Positions 25,054 through 37,700 of a stretch of DNA of 64,000 bases are shown here, one piece after another (position 1 is the first letter of the stretch; each line of letters begins with the position of its first letter). The stretch covers positions 2,108,001 through 2,172,000 of the forward strand of contig CM074811.1 of NCBI GenBank assembly GCA_037447605.1. The letters are read 5' to 3'. Source of the stretch: Zygnema circumcarinatum SAG 698-1b (taxonomy: Eukaryota > Plantae > Zygnematophyceae). The position numbers and the translations under genes were made by a program. The notes beneath the pieces were generated by a model. That model was not told where the DNA came from. It did not search any database and saw nothing but the letters and a program-made list of their open reading frames with translations.

Positions 25054-26646
25054 CTACGCAGCATGTCTGGAATGAAGAAAGCCCAACGGGAGGAAAGCAG
25101 CCCGCTTGCGTGAGTAGTCAAAAATCACGTCACATCCATTCATAAAGTCACCGGTTAGAAGCCCGTCGATCCACTCGGACAGTTCGAGACCTTTGCCGGC
25201 AGTCGTTCCCGTAAGGAAGGTGGAAACACTCCCTAAAGTCACGTTACCTAACTGTACGGAGTGCAGGCTTACCATATTAGCCTGCATCAATGAGGCGGCA
25301 GTTCAGACCATTAGCTACCGCAACACATAGCCATCTTAGTGAAAACTAAATAGCAAAACTGCCAACTTAGTAATTTAGTACTTGATACATTGCGAGGAAG
25401 AGAGGTGATAGAAATCGCATACTTGCACTTCATCTGCCTCCCCCAGCCCCTTGGCAACCCCCGATCCCACTCGGTTTGCAGCAGCCAATGATAGAGCTTC
25501 GTTGGCACCGCTTCTCATCACCAATTGCACTCCCCTTGCTCCTGTATCCACTATAAGAAGCACCTTTTGGGGCTCCATGCCTTGGACTACAACCAGGTCG
25601 GCTTCTATCACAGGGATATTGTTCAACATGCTGAGCGTCTGCAGGAACGAGATATGAGGAGGAGAACTGGTGAGTGAATGCACCAATTCACTAATTCCAC
25701 CATTTTGTTATTTGTTCTCTTTGGTCATCCTGACTTACGTCGTATTTTAACAGATTATGGTTTTGAATTGGGTGTTTACTGCAGTTTTTTATTTTGAAAG
25801 TTTTTAGTCCCACTTACGGTCCAACGCAGGGGCCCTTCAGGAGGTATGTAGGTTTCCGGAACATGTAGCTGCAAGGTGCTACCGCCACCTCCAATCTGCA
25901 GAATGAAAAGTCGTTTTTAGCTTCTTTCGCCTAAAGAGCAAGGGGGAGAAAGGTCGAATAGTAGACTAAGGTTGGCAGTGGGACTCACCTCTACCACGCA
26001 AGGGAAAAAGATATCAAAACCACAAATTCCCGCCAGTATTCGTTCAGACGCTATAAACTTTGAGATGTCCACCTGATGATGGAGAAAATAGGCAGGGGTG
26101 CATTGCTTTACTGAGTAAAGAATTGAGTTCATAAGCGTGAAAACAAATGGACTCACAGAAATGCAGAACGTAGTACAGGGTTTCATCATAGTTTCAGTAA
26201 TTGCCAAAATTGGAGGTTCTTTGTGACTAGCAGTTGATTAATAGGAACAGAAGGAAAAAATATTTTACGGATGGCATTACCAAGTCATTATCCGCAAGTT
26301 TTCTAGAAGGGAGTCTGGGCTTTACGTCATGGACCAAACTACCCCTTCTTCCTCACGAGAAATTAAGATATTCACCTCTGTGAAGACAGGATTCTTTATC
26401 TCCAAGGGACCGAGCTGTAGACTCCTTCCCCGCCTGTATGCACTCACAACCTTCTCCTCCCAAGTCTCCATTTAGCCGAGGAAGAGAGGGAGAGCGAGAG
26501 CAGGGAGAGAGAGAGAAAGAGAGTGAGAGAGAGTGAGAGAGGGAGGCCCAATAGGCGCTTACCACGCCCTGCCATCCTCGAGTTGGCACTTCTCCAAACC
26601 GCTGCAACTGAAGCTCTTCAGCCTGCATAGCAGCAGCGGTAGAGAG

Positions 26647-26682
<36 letters not shown>

Positions 26683-29228
26683 CGAAAGCGAAAGGAACGA
26701 GAAAAAGTACGAAGATGTAAGAATGAGTCGGCTGCGGCAACTGAGTAGTTACACTCAACACTGGATAATATTACGGTCCTGTATCCATGCATGAGTGTGC
26801 TACCAAAGCGGATAGAACCGAAAGCTGTTACAAGAAAGGACAGACGAGTCGTTTGCAATCCTTTACTCTGCCATTTAAGTTTGTTTTTGCTTCTGCATTC
26901 AAGTCATTTAATTAAGTGAATTACGAAACTTCAAGCTTAAGCGTTTCTGAAATTTTCTTTACGTACTGCCGCGGGTAAAATGGAGAGACCGCTCGCTGCC
27001 GTATCAAGTATGAAGAATCTGTTTCAGATAAAAATTTACTTCGATAATCAGCAAAAGCAAGTACAGAGATAAAGCTGCCCTATCAAAACGTAGCCTGCGC
27101 AAAACGGTTAACCAAAGGCAGACTAAACTCACCCCACGTCCCGACCATCGAGCTCCGGTTTGACCAGCAAGTGGCCACTCTCTGCTTTCATGACCTGCAT
27201 AAAAAACCTTGGAGCCTACTTTAACACCAAGAAGAGAGATTCTTTGAGTCTGATAAGCAAAGTCCATTGCTAAGCTCTGCTGGCCAAAACTGCAGAGGGT
27301 GTAAAAACTAATGACTAGGTTGCCCTGACCATCCTCACCTCCAAGGAGGGTGATATCCCTTCATGGAAACTGCTTGAACTGAAGACAGCAGTAGGGGGCT
27401 TCACTATGCGGGTCTGCGGTAATCTGCATTCAGCATTCACTACAGCATTGCTGGAGACCTGAACCTGCTTCACGTTGACTACAGTCTCCAAGCCGTTGAC
27501 TGCAGAAACTCTCTCCATTACAGCGGGGAAACGATGTTGCTGATCAGCCTGGCAGGCAACAAGCAGTAGGAGCTATGCTGATTCAGAGGGAGGGAGAGAG
27601 GTGAGGGGTGAATGGGACATAGGAAGAGCATTACTCAGACAGGGCTACGTTGTGAGTACGTAAGGAGTGGTTAAAAGATTTGCTGCTTTCTGTTTCTTTT
27701 AACTTGTTGTGGGTTCTGGGATTGGTTTGACCTCCCACTGTAGCCAGTGCTGAAACCGGAATTGTTCAACGCCGCCATAGGCTTTAAGTAGCAGATGCTC
27801 TGGAAGCCATGTCGCATTATCCAGAGTGACGGCGGCCTTCACCTGCAATTCAGTCAAAGCCTTCAATTGAAAGACCCTTTACCAAAGGGAGAGTCGGGAG
27901 AGACGAAACACTTCTCTACGTTTTGAAGCAAAAGGAAAACTGTATTTAGAAGTATACATGCAGAGAAAAGGGAAAGTGAAAGAGGAATATTTCTCACCCT
28001 CCCATCTCGCAGCTGCAAGAGAACTGCGACGGGCCGATGTGTGAATATTGAAAGTGGACACCAGTCGAGCTCATTCAAGTCTGGAAGGGTAATTTCCAGC
28101 CACTCTGAGGCACGTTTGGAGAGCCAAAATCCAGTTCTCACCCACATGCAGAGCAGCTCCATCTGAAAAGAAGGCGACAAAGTCAGTGCCGAACGAACAG
28201 CACCATGTGGAACATGAATTCTGCAGAGTGCCCATAACGAAAAAACTGTAAAAATCCTAAATACAAATGTTTACCTCTCGGTCGTCTAAATCCGCCTCCA
28301 TCCATCGCCCAGCAAAGTCCATCTGCCAGGGAACTTTGCCATCAAAGGCTCCCTTGTAGCTTAGCTCCTGACTGCAAAAGGTTTCACAAGCGCGGCCATC
28401 ATCAGTCGCCCATGTGAGCGACCACATGCCGTTCAATCCGTTTAATTTCTGCCAGCCTGTACCAATAAGCCAGATTTTGCCATACACGGATGCTCTCAGT
28501 TACATTTCCTAATGATCATTCGCCCAGTAATGGAGGTAACCGTTGCTCACATGCACCGCATATCCGATTTCAGAGCTTCATACGAAAAACAATGATAATG
28601 AAGACAAGCCAGATAAATTGAAGAAAGGAAGCAAAATGTTAACAGCATGAATAATGCTGGCCATCGTGAGCGAGAAGCAGATTTCCTAAAGAAAGCGCAA
28701 TGCCTGAAAATCTTCTCAATCAAGTCTTAGTGTAGATGTAGTTCGGTTCAGATCAATGCTGCAGCATTTCCTTGCAATATCGCTCATCCTGTAAACAGCT
28801 GTCCGCTTCCTCTATTCGCCTCCCTCACCCCGCCATGCTTTCCAAAGAAACCCTAATTACAAATGAAGCTATACCAATTTGATCATTCCTTGGCCCAAAA
28901 GAATAAAGAAGAAAAGCGTACCGGAAGCAGTGTAGTAGCGTCCATCCTCGGTGAACCCCACAGCTACAGAAACACTATCAAGAACAAGCTGTAGCCCTGT
29001 CGCTGCTGTGTCGACTCTTGCAACAGGTATGCCACAGCAGCGCTTTGAAAGCGTCCTTGTCGTCCTCCTCTGCTCCGACGGCCTTAAACGATGTACAGCC
29101 ACCATGGCTTCCACCCGCGAGAGCATCGGCAGTCGATGCTGAAGCCATGAGAGAGGGCGACAGGCCTCCCGGTGAGACAGACGAGCAGCATGTGATAGCG
29201 AGGCGGGGCAAAGCATCGCTTCCGCCAT
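25054..29228 (-). CDS. Bacterial-type clan AA aspartyl protease with two retropepsin-like domains and N-terminal extension (multi-exon)
   Basis: Spliced chain: MAEAMLCPASLSHAARL...; SYKGAFDGKVPWQMDFAGRWMEADLDDRE|MELLCMWVRTGFWLS; VMKAESGHLLVKPELDGRDVG|FFILDTAASG (DTA at 27005-26997); AEELQLQRFGE; RGRSLQLGPLEIKNPVF; LAGICGFDIF; second domain LLIVDTGARG (~25600); GLLTGDFMNGCDVIFDYSRKRAAF; stop 25054-25056. Start codon is tentative. Confidence 0.8.
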
Positions 29229-29592
29229 GGCCTCAAGCTCCTGACAGCCGCTCAGGCTGCAGACTGCAGAGAACGGGCAGCTACCCTCCACCATCCACAA
29301 CGTGAAGTTAGGGCTGACGTGGCGTTTTTAGGAAACGCGCACATACACATCAGTTTCCAAAAGAGGTAGAGCCACAGCTGATTGCACTTGGAGGCGGGGA
29401 TTCGCCCAGCCACAACCTGCCACGTCGGATTCAAAATTATTCCAGCTCACCGGATACCGACACCTCGCACCGCGATGCAGCGAACCCCCACACTGGCGGA
29501 TGTGGTGACATGTATGCATGTATGGCATGCGCCTCGTTCAATGCCATTTTCCCGTCTCGCTCGCGATGGCCGACAGAAAGGCTCAGGACCTC

Positions 29593-29686
29593 TGCGAACA
29601 GTTCCTCGTGGTTCCTTCCCCATGATGATGTTGGCCATGTACATTTGATGGCATCATCATCGCCATCGTGAGGTCAATGCCACATC
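29593..29686 (-). repeat. Dispersed ~87-bp repeat 'A', copy 1
   Basis: Reverse complement gatgtggcattgacctcacgatggc...atcaaatgtacatggccaacatcatcatggggaaggaaccacgaggaactg matches 47330-47407 and 57828-57914. Confidence 0.85.
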
Positions 29687-30200
29687 CACGTCCGAAGGAA
29701 AAGATGGCGCCGTGACATGAGGTGACGCTCTGCCTGCACGGCAGGCAGGCCCAACAACGACACCACGGCTCTAGCAGGGGCCGTGTGATCACGTCACTGC
29801 CATTGACATCAGGCAAAACAGCTGGTCGGACACTCTGATGTGATGACGTCATAACGTAAAACAATTGACAGCGGCTCCCGAATTTGCTAAAATTTTGGCG
29901 GCCCATGACCACCTAACCGGTGTTCTTCTGTCTCATCCTTCAGCCAGTCCCCGTCCGCGACGTGGCGAGCCCCACGTCTCCTCCGGCCCCGTCGCCTCTC
30001 GTGGCGCCAGCGAGTGTGCTGCACGCGGCCAGAGAACGGCTGCCACGTGGCGGGAACGATATCTGGCAACTAATGCGGTGTGACCAGAGCAGGGGCCGAG
30101 GGCGAACGCTGTGACGCATGGCAGGACAGGACACGCAGCACAATCTGACGCCACACGTTGGTCGGCATCGTACGGCTTCGTACATCTGACGCGTGCCTGC

Positions 30201-30498
30201 TAGGGATGTGCATGGGAACGCAGTCGTGGATTAGAATTTCAATCAAAAATTCTAAAAGTCAGGCCGTTTTGAAACACTTTTAGAATGGCCGGACAGGCAC
30301 ACGGTTGTACGCTCGTACGACTGAATTGTACGGTCAGCGGCAGTCCATTCAAGTTAAGGGGGGTTCAATCACAGTGGTCGTACGGCAATTTAAAGTGTTT
30401 CAAAACTCTGAAACTTTTAGACTTTTAGATATTAGAACGTTCTAATTCTGAAATCTAAAACTCTAAAAGTCGCTTGTACGGACAAATGTACATCCCTA
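30201..30498. mobile_element. hAT-like MITE (family B, copy 1), 298 bp
   Basis: TIR TAGGGATGTGCAT / ATGTACATCCCTA (Ac/Ds-like TAGGGATG start). 8-bp TSD gtgcctgc (30193-30200) / gcgcctgc (30499-30506). Subterminal TCTAAAA/TTTTAGA and (C/T)GTAC motifs. Confidence 0.85.
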
Positions 30499-31747
30499 GC
30501 GCCTGCCTGCCTGCCTCTCTGCCCGCTACCGAAGGAACCCTCCAACTCGCCGGTCCCGTACACCACTATGACCGTGACAGGAGCTACCGTAGCCCTAACT
30601 ACTCTCCCTCGCAGCCACGTGGCCCATCCAACGGCTCTCGCACTCGGCTTTCCAGCTGTTTTATCGTTTTTAACACGCGGCTGAAAGGCGCATCCAACGG
30701 TTATTGTCTTCAAATCTCCCACGAGGGAGATCTGTACGGTAGCCTCTCCCCCTCGGTGGAATCCGAACTTGGACCACTTTCCGCGAAGCAAACCACCGGG
30801 CCGGGCCGGCCCGGCCCTCCCTCCCCCCCGTCCGCGAAGCAGCGCGGAGGGATCCGAGCCGCGCCGCCGAGCTGTGGGGCCCACTCACCCTCCGCCCGCC
30901 CACGGCGCTGACGTCAGCCGCTCTGCCCGCGTCGCGCGCGGCCCGGTGGGAAGGAAGAGAGCGACCTTTTCCGAGCGCGTTCGCTTGCGTTCACACTGGC
31001 GGGCGTGCGCGGCACGGCAAGTGAGGTTTGGGTCGGACCTCGGGTGGGGCGTTCACACTGGCGGTCCTTTTCAGCCAGGAAACGAGCGGGGCGCGCCGCC
31101 AGGTGGCCACGGTGCTGGGAGCCACGTGGCCGCGGCGGCGCCTGAAAGGGCGGCCGCTGGGGAGAGCCACAGAAAGCGCCACTGCATTGTGCAGGGGCCA
31201 TCTCTTGGCGTCTCGCTCGCTCTCGCTCTCTCGCTCACTCTCACTCTCACTCTCGCTCTCACTCTCTCTCTCGCTCTCGCTCTTTGTGCCGGGAGGAGTT
31301 TGGGAGGGCTGTGATCGGAAGACAGGAGGGCCTTCCAGGCTGCCAGGAGGCGCAGGAAGGCGGGGAGGGAGGCCGCCTGTACATTCTTGGATGCTCCATC
31401 CTGCACGGTTTTGGTGACAGCTGGAGGTTCAGCTTGGCAGCTTAGGGGATAATTTGAAGAGGTGTCGTGAGCGCAGTGTAGAGAGGGAGTGAGGAAGGTG
31501 GTCTAGGGCCTCTGGAGAACGGGATATTGCAACTCGCGTGAAGGAAGGAGGCGTTGAGAAGGCGGGACTGCGACAGCTGCTTATTGAGGCCTGCTCTTTA
31601 CGGAGTTGTGTGCGCATCGGTTGTTTTTGGTGCATTTGTATTTTATAAAACTTTACCGCTATTTAATAAGCTCGATATTTAATAAGCTCGATTTTTTTAG
31701 GACCGCATCTGCTTTAATTGCAACAGGTGTTCCAATTAAACATCAAT

Positions 31748-34700
31748 ATGACAAATAGTGGCTTGCTGTCCGCGGTCGTACGAAACTCCTCAGCACACTC
31801 ACTTGACCATTATTTAAGAAATAGGTCTGCAACTGCCGCCTCGCAGTCACGTGGAGGAGCAGGAAGGTGCGGGGAAGCTGGACTTAGGATTACAATAAGG
31901 CAGGAGGGCGGGCTTGTTGTCCGCGGTAAGAGATGGCTTCAGCAGATAAAGCCAACACAGCACAAATCCGTGCCTGCTCGCCATGGATATACCGCAGCAC
32001 CGAGGTGCTGTCATGCCTCTTCCCTGTCATCAGATACGCCTGAGCCTGTACTCAAGTTTGAAAGTTCTGAGGAGCCCTATAGTGAAGCTGCTCCTTGGGA
32101 GGCTATTGCTGTAGGCACCGACAGTCCTGAAGGAACATGGACTGCTGCAAAGCCCTTATTTGCAGCATCAACTGAGGACCTCAACACGCCGACCTTGGCA
32201 GCCTTGGCAAAGGCTGGTATACAGATAGTGGAATCTCTCGAAGAGGCTGGGAGCGAAGCGTTAAAGGCTCTTCAAAATTCCAATCTGGAGGCTTCCGTTT
32301 CCGAGGAGGTAAAGCTGATAAATCATACAGATGGAAAAACTCTACTGGAAGGCGTTGCTGCTGAAGAGATGCGACTCGGCGTGGAGTATGACAGCCGTTT
32401 GGATGCTTTGGCTTCCATTTCTGAGGAAGTTTTTACTGAAACGGATCAAGCGCTTTCTGGGAGCTTGTCAACTGCCAGAGAAATAGCAACGTGTTTGATT
32501 ATTTCAGAAGTGGCGGAAAGGTTACCCGGAGGTGACTTGGAAAAGAGTTCACTGTCGAAGTTAAGTTCACTTTCGCTTTCGAACACAGAAGTCCTCACAA
32601 ACGAAATTACCAGCATCGATGCCCTGCAGTCTGCTGTGGAAACTGCTCCGGCTAGGATAGTGCCTCCAGTGAAGACCATCGAGAAAGAAGTGGAACAAGT
32701 GAGGGATCCAACAGTACTGCAGCAGATGAAGTTGATCCTTGGCTTTGCGGGACCAGCTCTCGTTATATGGCTGTCGGGGCCTCTCATGAGTCTTATTGAT
32801 ACTGCTGTGATCGGCCAAAGCAGCTCACTTGAACTTGCAGCTTTAGGTAACTGATTACTCGAGGTTTTTATGCAATCTGAGAGCATACTTAGAGGGCAGC
32901 CGCACTTTTTTTTCTGAAAGATATGCCTGCTTTGTGTTTGATTTTGATGTGTCTTTATGGCCTGTGATGTCACACTATACAAGCAACATAATGGCTGAGT
33001 TGGTGCATAAAATCTTTATGAACATTCTCAATTTGTAGGAATTTCTTGTAACCGTCAATGCATTCTATTTTGAGTGGTGGAGGTATCAGTTGAGGCTACT
33101 GTATTGAACTGATATGAAAGTATGTCTGTTGCCAGTGCTTGACAGGTTGGAAGTTGTTCGTTACTGACTTGCAACGTCCTTCTTGTTACAGGTCCTGGAA
33201 CAGTCGTATGTGACCACATCTCCAATCTCTTCATGTTTTTGTCGGTGGCAACATCCAATCTCATTGCTACAGCCATGGCCCATCGGGTAGGTTGATTCAT
33301 TGCCAGAGTTTTTCTTAAGAGTGAGGGAAGGTCCTTTTAAAGGCTCGCGGATATAGATCAGACCCTTCAGGTTTTTCAGCAACTGGTGTTAATGTATCGT
33401 GTGTATCCATTGGATATATGCTTCGCAGTATGCAAGAAAATCTTGAATTCTCCGCCTTCTGACATTGATCAGCGGGGTGGAGCAGGATGTGGAGGAGGCA
33501 GGAAAGCATCTGTCACAGCTGCTTTTTGTGGCATCCGTTTCTGGGGTCTTCATGACTGTTTTTACCCACTTTTACGCACCAGCAATGATCCGAAGTAATG
33601 CATTTTCCGAACTTTCCTTTGCATCACGATAACTCGGTGCCAGCTTTGTTCTTAGGTATCTGGATGGATAGCATCCCACATCAATCAGTGGCTCTAGTCT
33701 GCACTCATTGTTCCTGAGAAGCCTTCGCTTGTGAACTGATAAAGCGGTTAGCCAGTTGTTTGTAATAGTGGGAAGGGGTGGTGTGCATTTCATTTTCTTG
33801 ATCTCGTCTCTTGCATGAAATCCAGCATAGAACATTAAACATGAATATTGTTTCACGTAACAGGTTTCGCGGGGTCAAATCTCAGCGTTGTACCTGCAGC
33901 CAACACATATGCAGCGGTGAGAAATCTACATCTAGGAACATGCAAGGAATCGCTGTCGTGATTTGAATCGATTTAGTAGTATGTATAGCACCCGCCCGCA
34001 TTCTCTTCTTTGTTATATAGCTGATATAAGTACTTGAGAGTGCTTTGTGTGTGTGTAACAAGCCTTTCAAAGTTGTACCTCTTTCTAGCATAATCGAGGT
34101 TTGAATACTCTTGTTTCTGTTTGTGAATAGAACATGATTTTGGCGCTTCTATGCATTTAGTGATCTTGCAGGACAAAACTCGGGTCCCTGTACCTTCTGA
34201 CCTCAATATGTAGAATTAGGAGTACAGTGTTGCCATTTGTCACTATCGAGTATGGCTTGAATGCAAGTACACCAGAACACATAAGCACACGAGGGTCTGT
34301 GCAAAGGGTGGATGTTTAAATGCCCGAACTTTTTGGTTAGTCATGAGCCAGTGAAAAATACATTGGAAACATAGTTGGAATCAGCAACTTGGCTGTTGTT
34401 TTGGTGAATGTGAGTTAGACATTGTGATATCAGCGAATTGATTTGGAAATGTTTCATGGGGTGTGTGTGTCATTCAGATCCGTGGTCTCGCTTGGCCGGC
34501 GGCTCTGGTGATGTCTGTTGCCCAAAGTGCGACGTAAGTATTGAATTGCAGTTTGCAAGAGATAATCAGGGAGTGAAATGGAATAGCAGAATATTGTAGT
34601 TGACCCATTTGGTACCTTGTTTCACACCCTACCTGGCCTGAGCAAAGGAATTGAAGTTATAGCATGTTCATGAAGGTAACTGAGTCCAGATGAGGAATCG

Positions 34701-37700
34701 CGTGCTTGCATGCGCTTTCGAGTAGTGGCTTGCAGATGAACAAGATACAAGTCACGACTCACAGGCACCTTCATTTTAACAAACTAGAAAATGAGTTTCA
34801 GATTATAAGGCGACGACTGATCTCAAAATGTCAGTCGCCAACTCATTTTATCGGCGTGCTTCATATTTAGACTGCTTTTGAAACCTGGATTATGCAGCAA
34901 AATGACAATCTAGTTTGTGTTTTGGGATTTGCAGTCTAGGATTGCAGGATGCGTGGACCCCTCTTTATGTTCTCGTAACCGCAAGCCTGGTCAACCTGTT
35001 TGGTGACATTCTTCTCTGCCCCATCCTTGGCATGGGCATAGCTGGAGCAGCATGGGCCACTATGGCATCTCAGGTAGACACTTTGAGACCCCTATTTTCA
35101 CATTTACAGAATTTTCTCCCTTTTCCTCCACGTGGCGTTACATGAAGCCGCACGATGCCCATGCTAGATTGGCTGCCCGGTGGGGGGGGGGGGAATGGGG
35201 GGGGAACATGTTTTTGTCATAATTTATAGAAAATGCATGTGCATTGTGTCAGCTTTCGGTTGGTGTTTTAGATTTTGTAGACTTACCACATTTTCCTATT
35301 TGGTTATGGTGCCGCATCAACATGAATTAGAGACCAATTTTCTAGAGGTTCTCCCGACGTCGTCTGTCTTTCGGCACTTTAATCGTTCGTATGTGCTCTG
35401 TTGACATCAGCAAAGTTGAAAAAGCTGAATAGTTGAAAAAAGTTGAAACATGAAAAGTCACCCCAATATGGCATGCTTCCTTAGGTTTTCTTTGATTCTT
35501 TCTCCCGTCTCACTATATTCGCCTCCCTCTCCTTCCTTCTCACCTCTCTCCCGTTTTCACCACTATTCCTCTTTCCCTCGTGCTTGCTTCGGCCTTCCCT
35601 TAGGATAGGAAAAGGGGCTTTTCGTGTGTTAGTTAACTATCACAGAAGCTGGTCGTTAATTTTGATGAGTTAACTCAGATGGGAGCATAGATCCGCATTA
35701 GTTATTTTGTTGTATGATTTAGTTTTTGATTTTCTTACATAATGTGGTGTCTTTCCTTAAAATAGGATTACTTGCTGGCATATTAAAGATGTAGGGATGC
35801 ATGTAACCTTGCACAGTGGCAACAGCGAGTTCTGTGTTGGAGGTCATCTCTCTTGGCTCACAGGTCACTTTTTCAAACATGTCATATTTTCTTCTAAAAT
35901 GTTCTCGGAGTCTTTGGTGGTTGGCAGTATGTTGGCTGCATCATGATGCTGTGGAGTATGAAACGAGCAAATGTTATCAAAATTGGAATGTCTGTTCCTT
36001 CCCTTCACGATCTCCTGCGCTTTCTGAACCTTGCTGCGCCCATCTTTTTCACGATGATCTGTAAGGTGAGCTTTATATCAACTAGTCGTACTTCAGCGTG
36101 GGTTTGTTTTTCTGCGGGTGGGAGGGTTTTGGGGGTGTTTTCTTGCTTGGTAACTGACATAGCAAGGCGTTTTGAAGCATAATATCCAGCTATTGGAAAG
36201 TTCATTCCTGTTCCAACACCTTGGCCTTAATTTTCTGTTGAGAGAGCTTTTTGGGTGCAGACTGCCTTCTACACGATCCTTACAAAAGTTGCAACGGGAT
36301 TGGGGACTGTGTCCACTGGAGCACATCAGGTTTGTCTGCACATCCTGACTCAGTGAATGTTGCATAAACTCAAGAAAATGGAGAGCATAAGGCGGAGATT
36401 GCAGAGTATTTGAAGCGCCTTGCTCTGCTGTTTATACTTCATGAAGCATCTCTTCAGTCTGATTAAGAGAGGAAATGTATAAAACCACATACAGGATTGC
36501 TTTGCTTCGTTTTCCCCTATTTACGATATAAAATACGACATCGCCCTGCTTAGCATGGCAATTTCGTGAATGCTGATGATAAATCTTTTCCGTCCCTGGC
36601 TTTTCAATGTGGCTGATGTATCGATGTTGGATATTTGCAGGTTATGATTGGTTTGTTTGCTGTATGCGCGGTATGCGGTGAACCTTTAAGCCAAACGGCA
36701 CAATCATATTTACCTGCCCTTAAAACAGGGAAAAATCGAAACCTGAAGCAGGTGAGGTGGCAAGCACTTGCTTATGAATCTGCTGAAATTTTAGTTCTCC
36801 TCCGTTTCGACGAGTTGCCAATTTACACTCAAAGGCGTTAGATCTAATCCTTGTCGTTGTTTTTTTTTTTTTTTCTTTCAGGCCCGAACTCTGCTCAAAT
36901 CTTTGCTCATCTTTGGGGTCCTCCTCGGTCTTGTACTCGGATCGCTCGCTGCTACAGTACCTTGGTTTGCTCCGGGAATTTTTACAAACGATGCTGCCGT
37001 TATTGCTGAGGTATGTTACCCTGGGATGTTTCGGACCTCCAAGAGGTTGGGGGGTTGAATGAAGATTAGTCTTTGAAAGATGGTCATAATTGTTAGAATT
37101 TCTCGAACGACTATAGTCTGTGAAGTTGAGGAGAGAAAGGACGGAGTAAAGCGAACATGGCACATCAATGGCAGGACAGGAGTCTGCGGAAGGCATATCG
37201 TATCGTATTCACATATACTTCCTTTTAATAATAAACCTTAAAGAATTTGGAGTTCATCAAGCAAGGCGAAGCATGTAGACTCGTGGGGGTTACCTGCGAT
37301 AATATGGCAATAATAATATGACACCTATTATCGCAGGTAACCCACGAGTAGTGTTGCATTTGAAGGCTATTGCTGGCTTAGTGTTTTTAATCATTGTTGA
37401 AGAACTCTGTCCTTATCCTGGATGCGACCCTGATTGTCCTATTGGTTTTTGGGGTTTGTACAGATGCGAAAGATAACTGCTCCTCTGCACATGAGCTTGT
37501 TGCTTACTCCCATTGTCCTTGCTCTTGAAGGCACATTAATGGTGAGAACCTAACAGTCATGTAACTTAATAAACTTAAAGGCAAAGTAGAAAATGTTTTT
37601 GATACAAGCACCCGCCTTCTCTCCTCCTCGTACTTCCCCTCATCTCCCCCTCCCCGGACAAAGGGTACCTTGGCTACACTACATTCCGGGTGCTTTCGAA

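Noticed and set aside
29621-29700. C/D-box snoRNA in repeat A (ATGATGA)
   Set aside because: The C box is not conserved in the other two copies and there is no properly placed CTGA D box.
30432-31417. GC-rich ORFs (150-181 aa) in the protease/MATE intergenic region
   Set aside because: They overlap a MITE, G-box promoter and CT repeats; Arg/Pro/Gly-rich products with no motifs, as expected from stop-codon scarcity.
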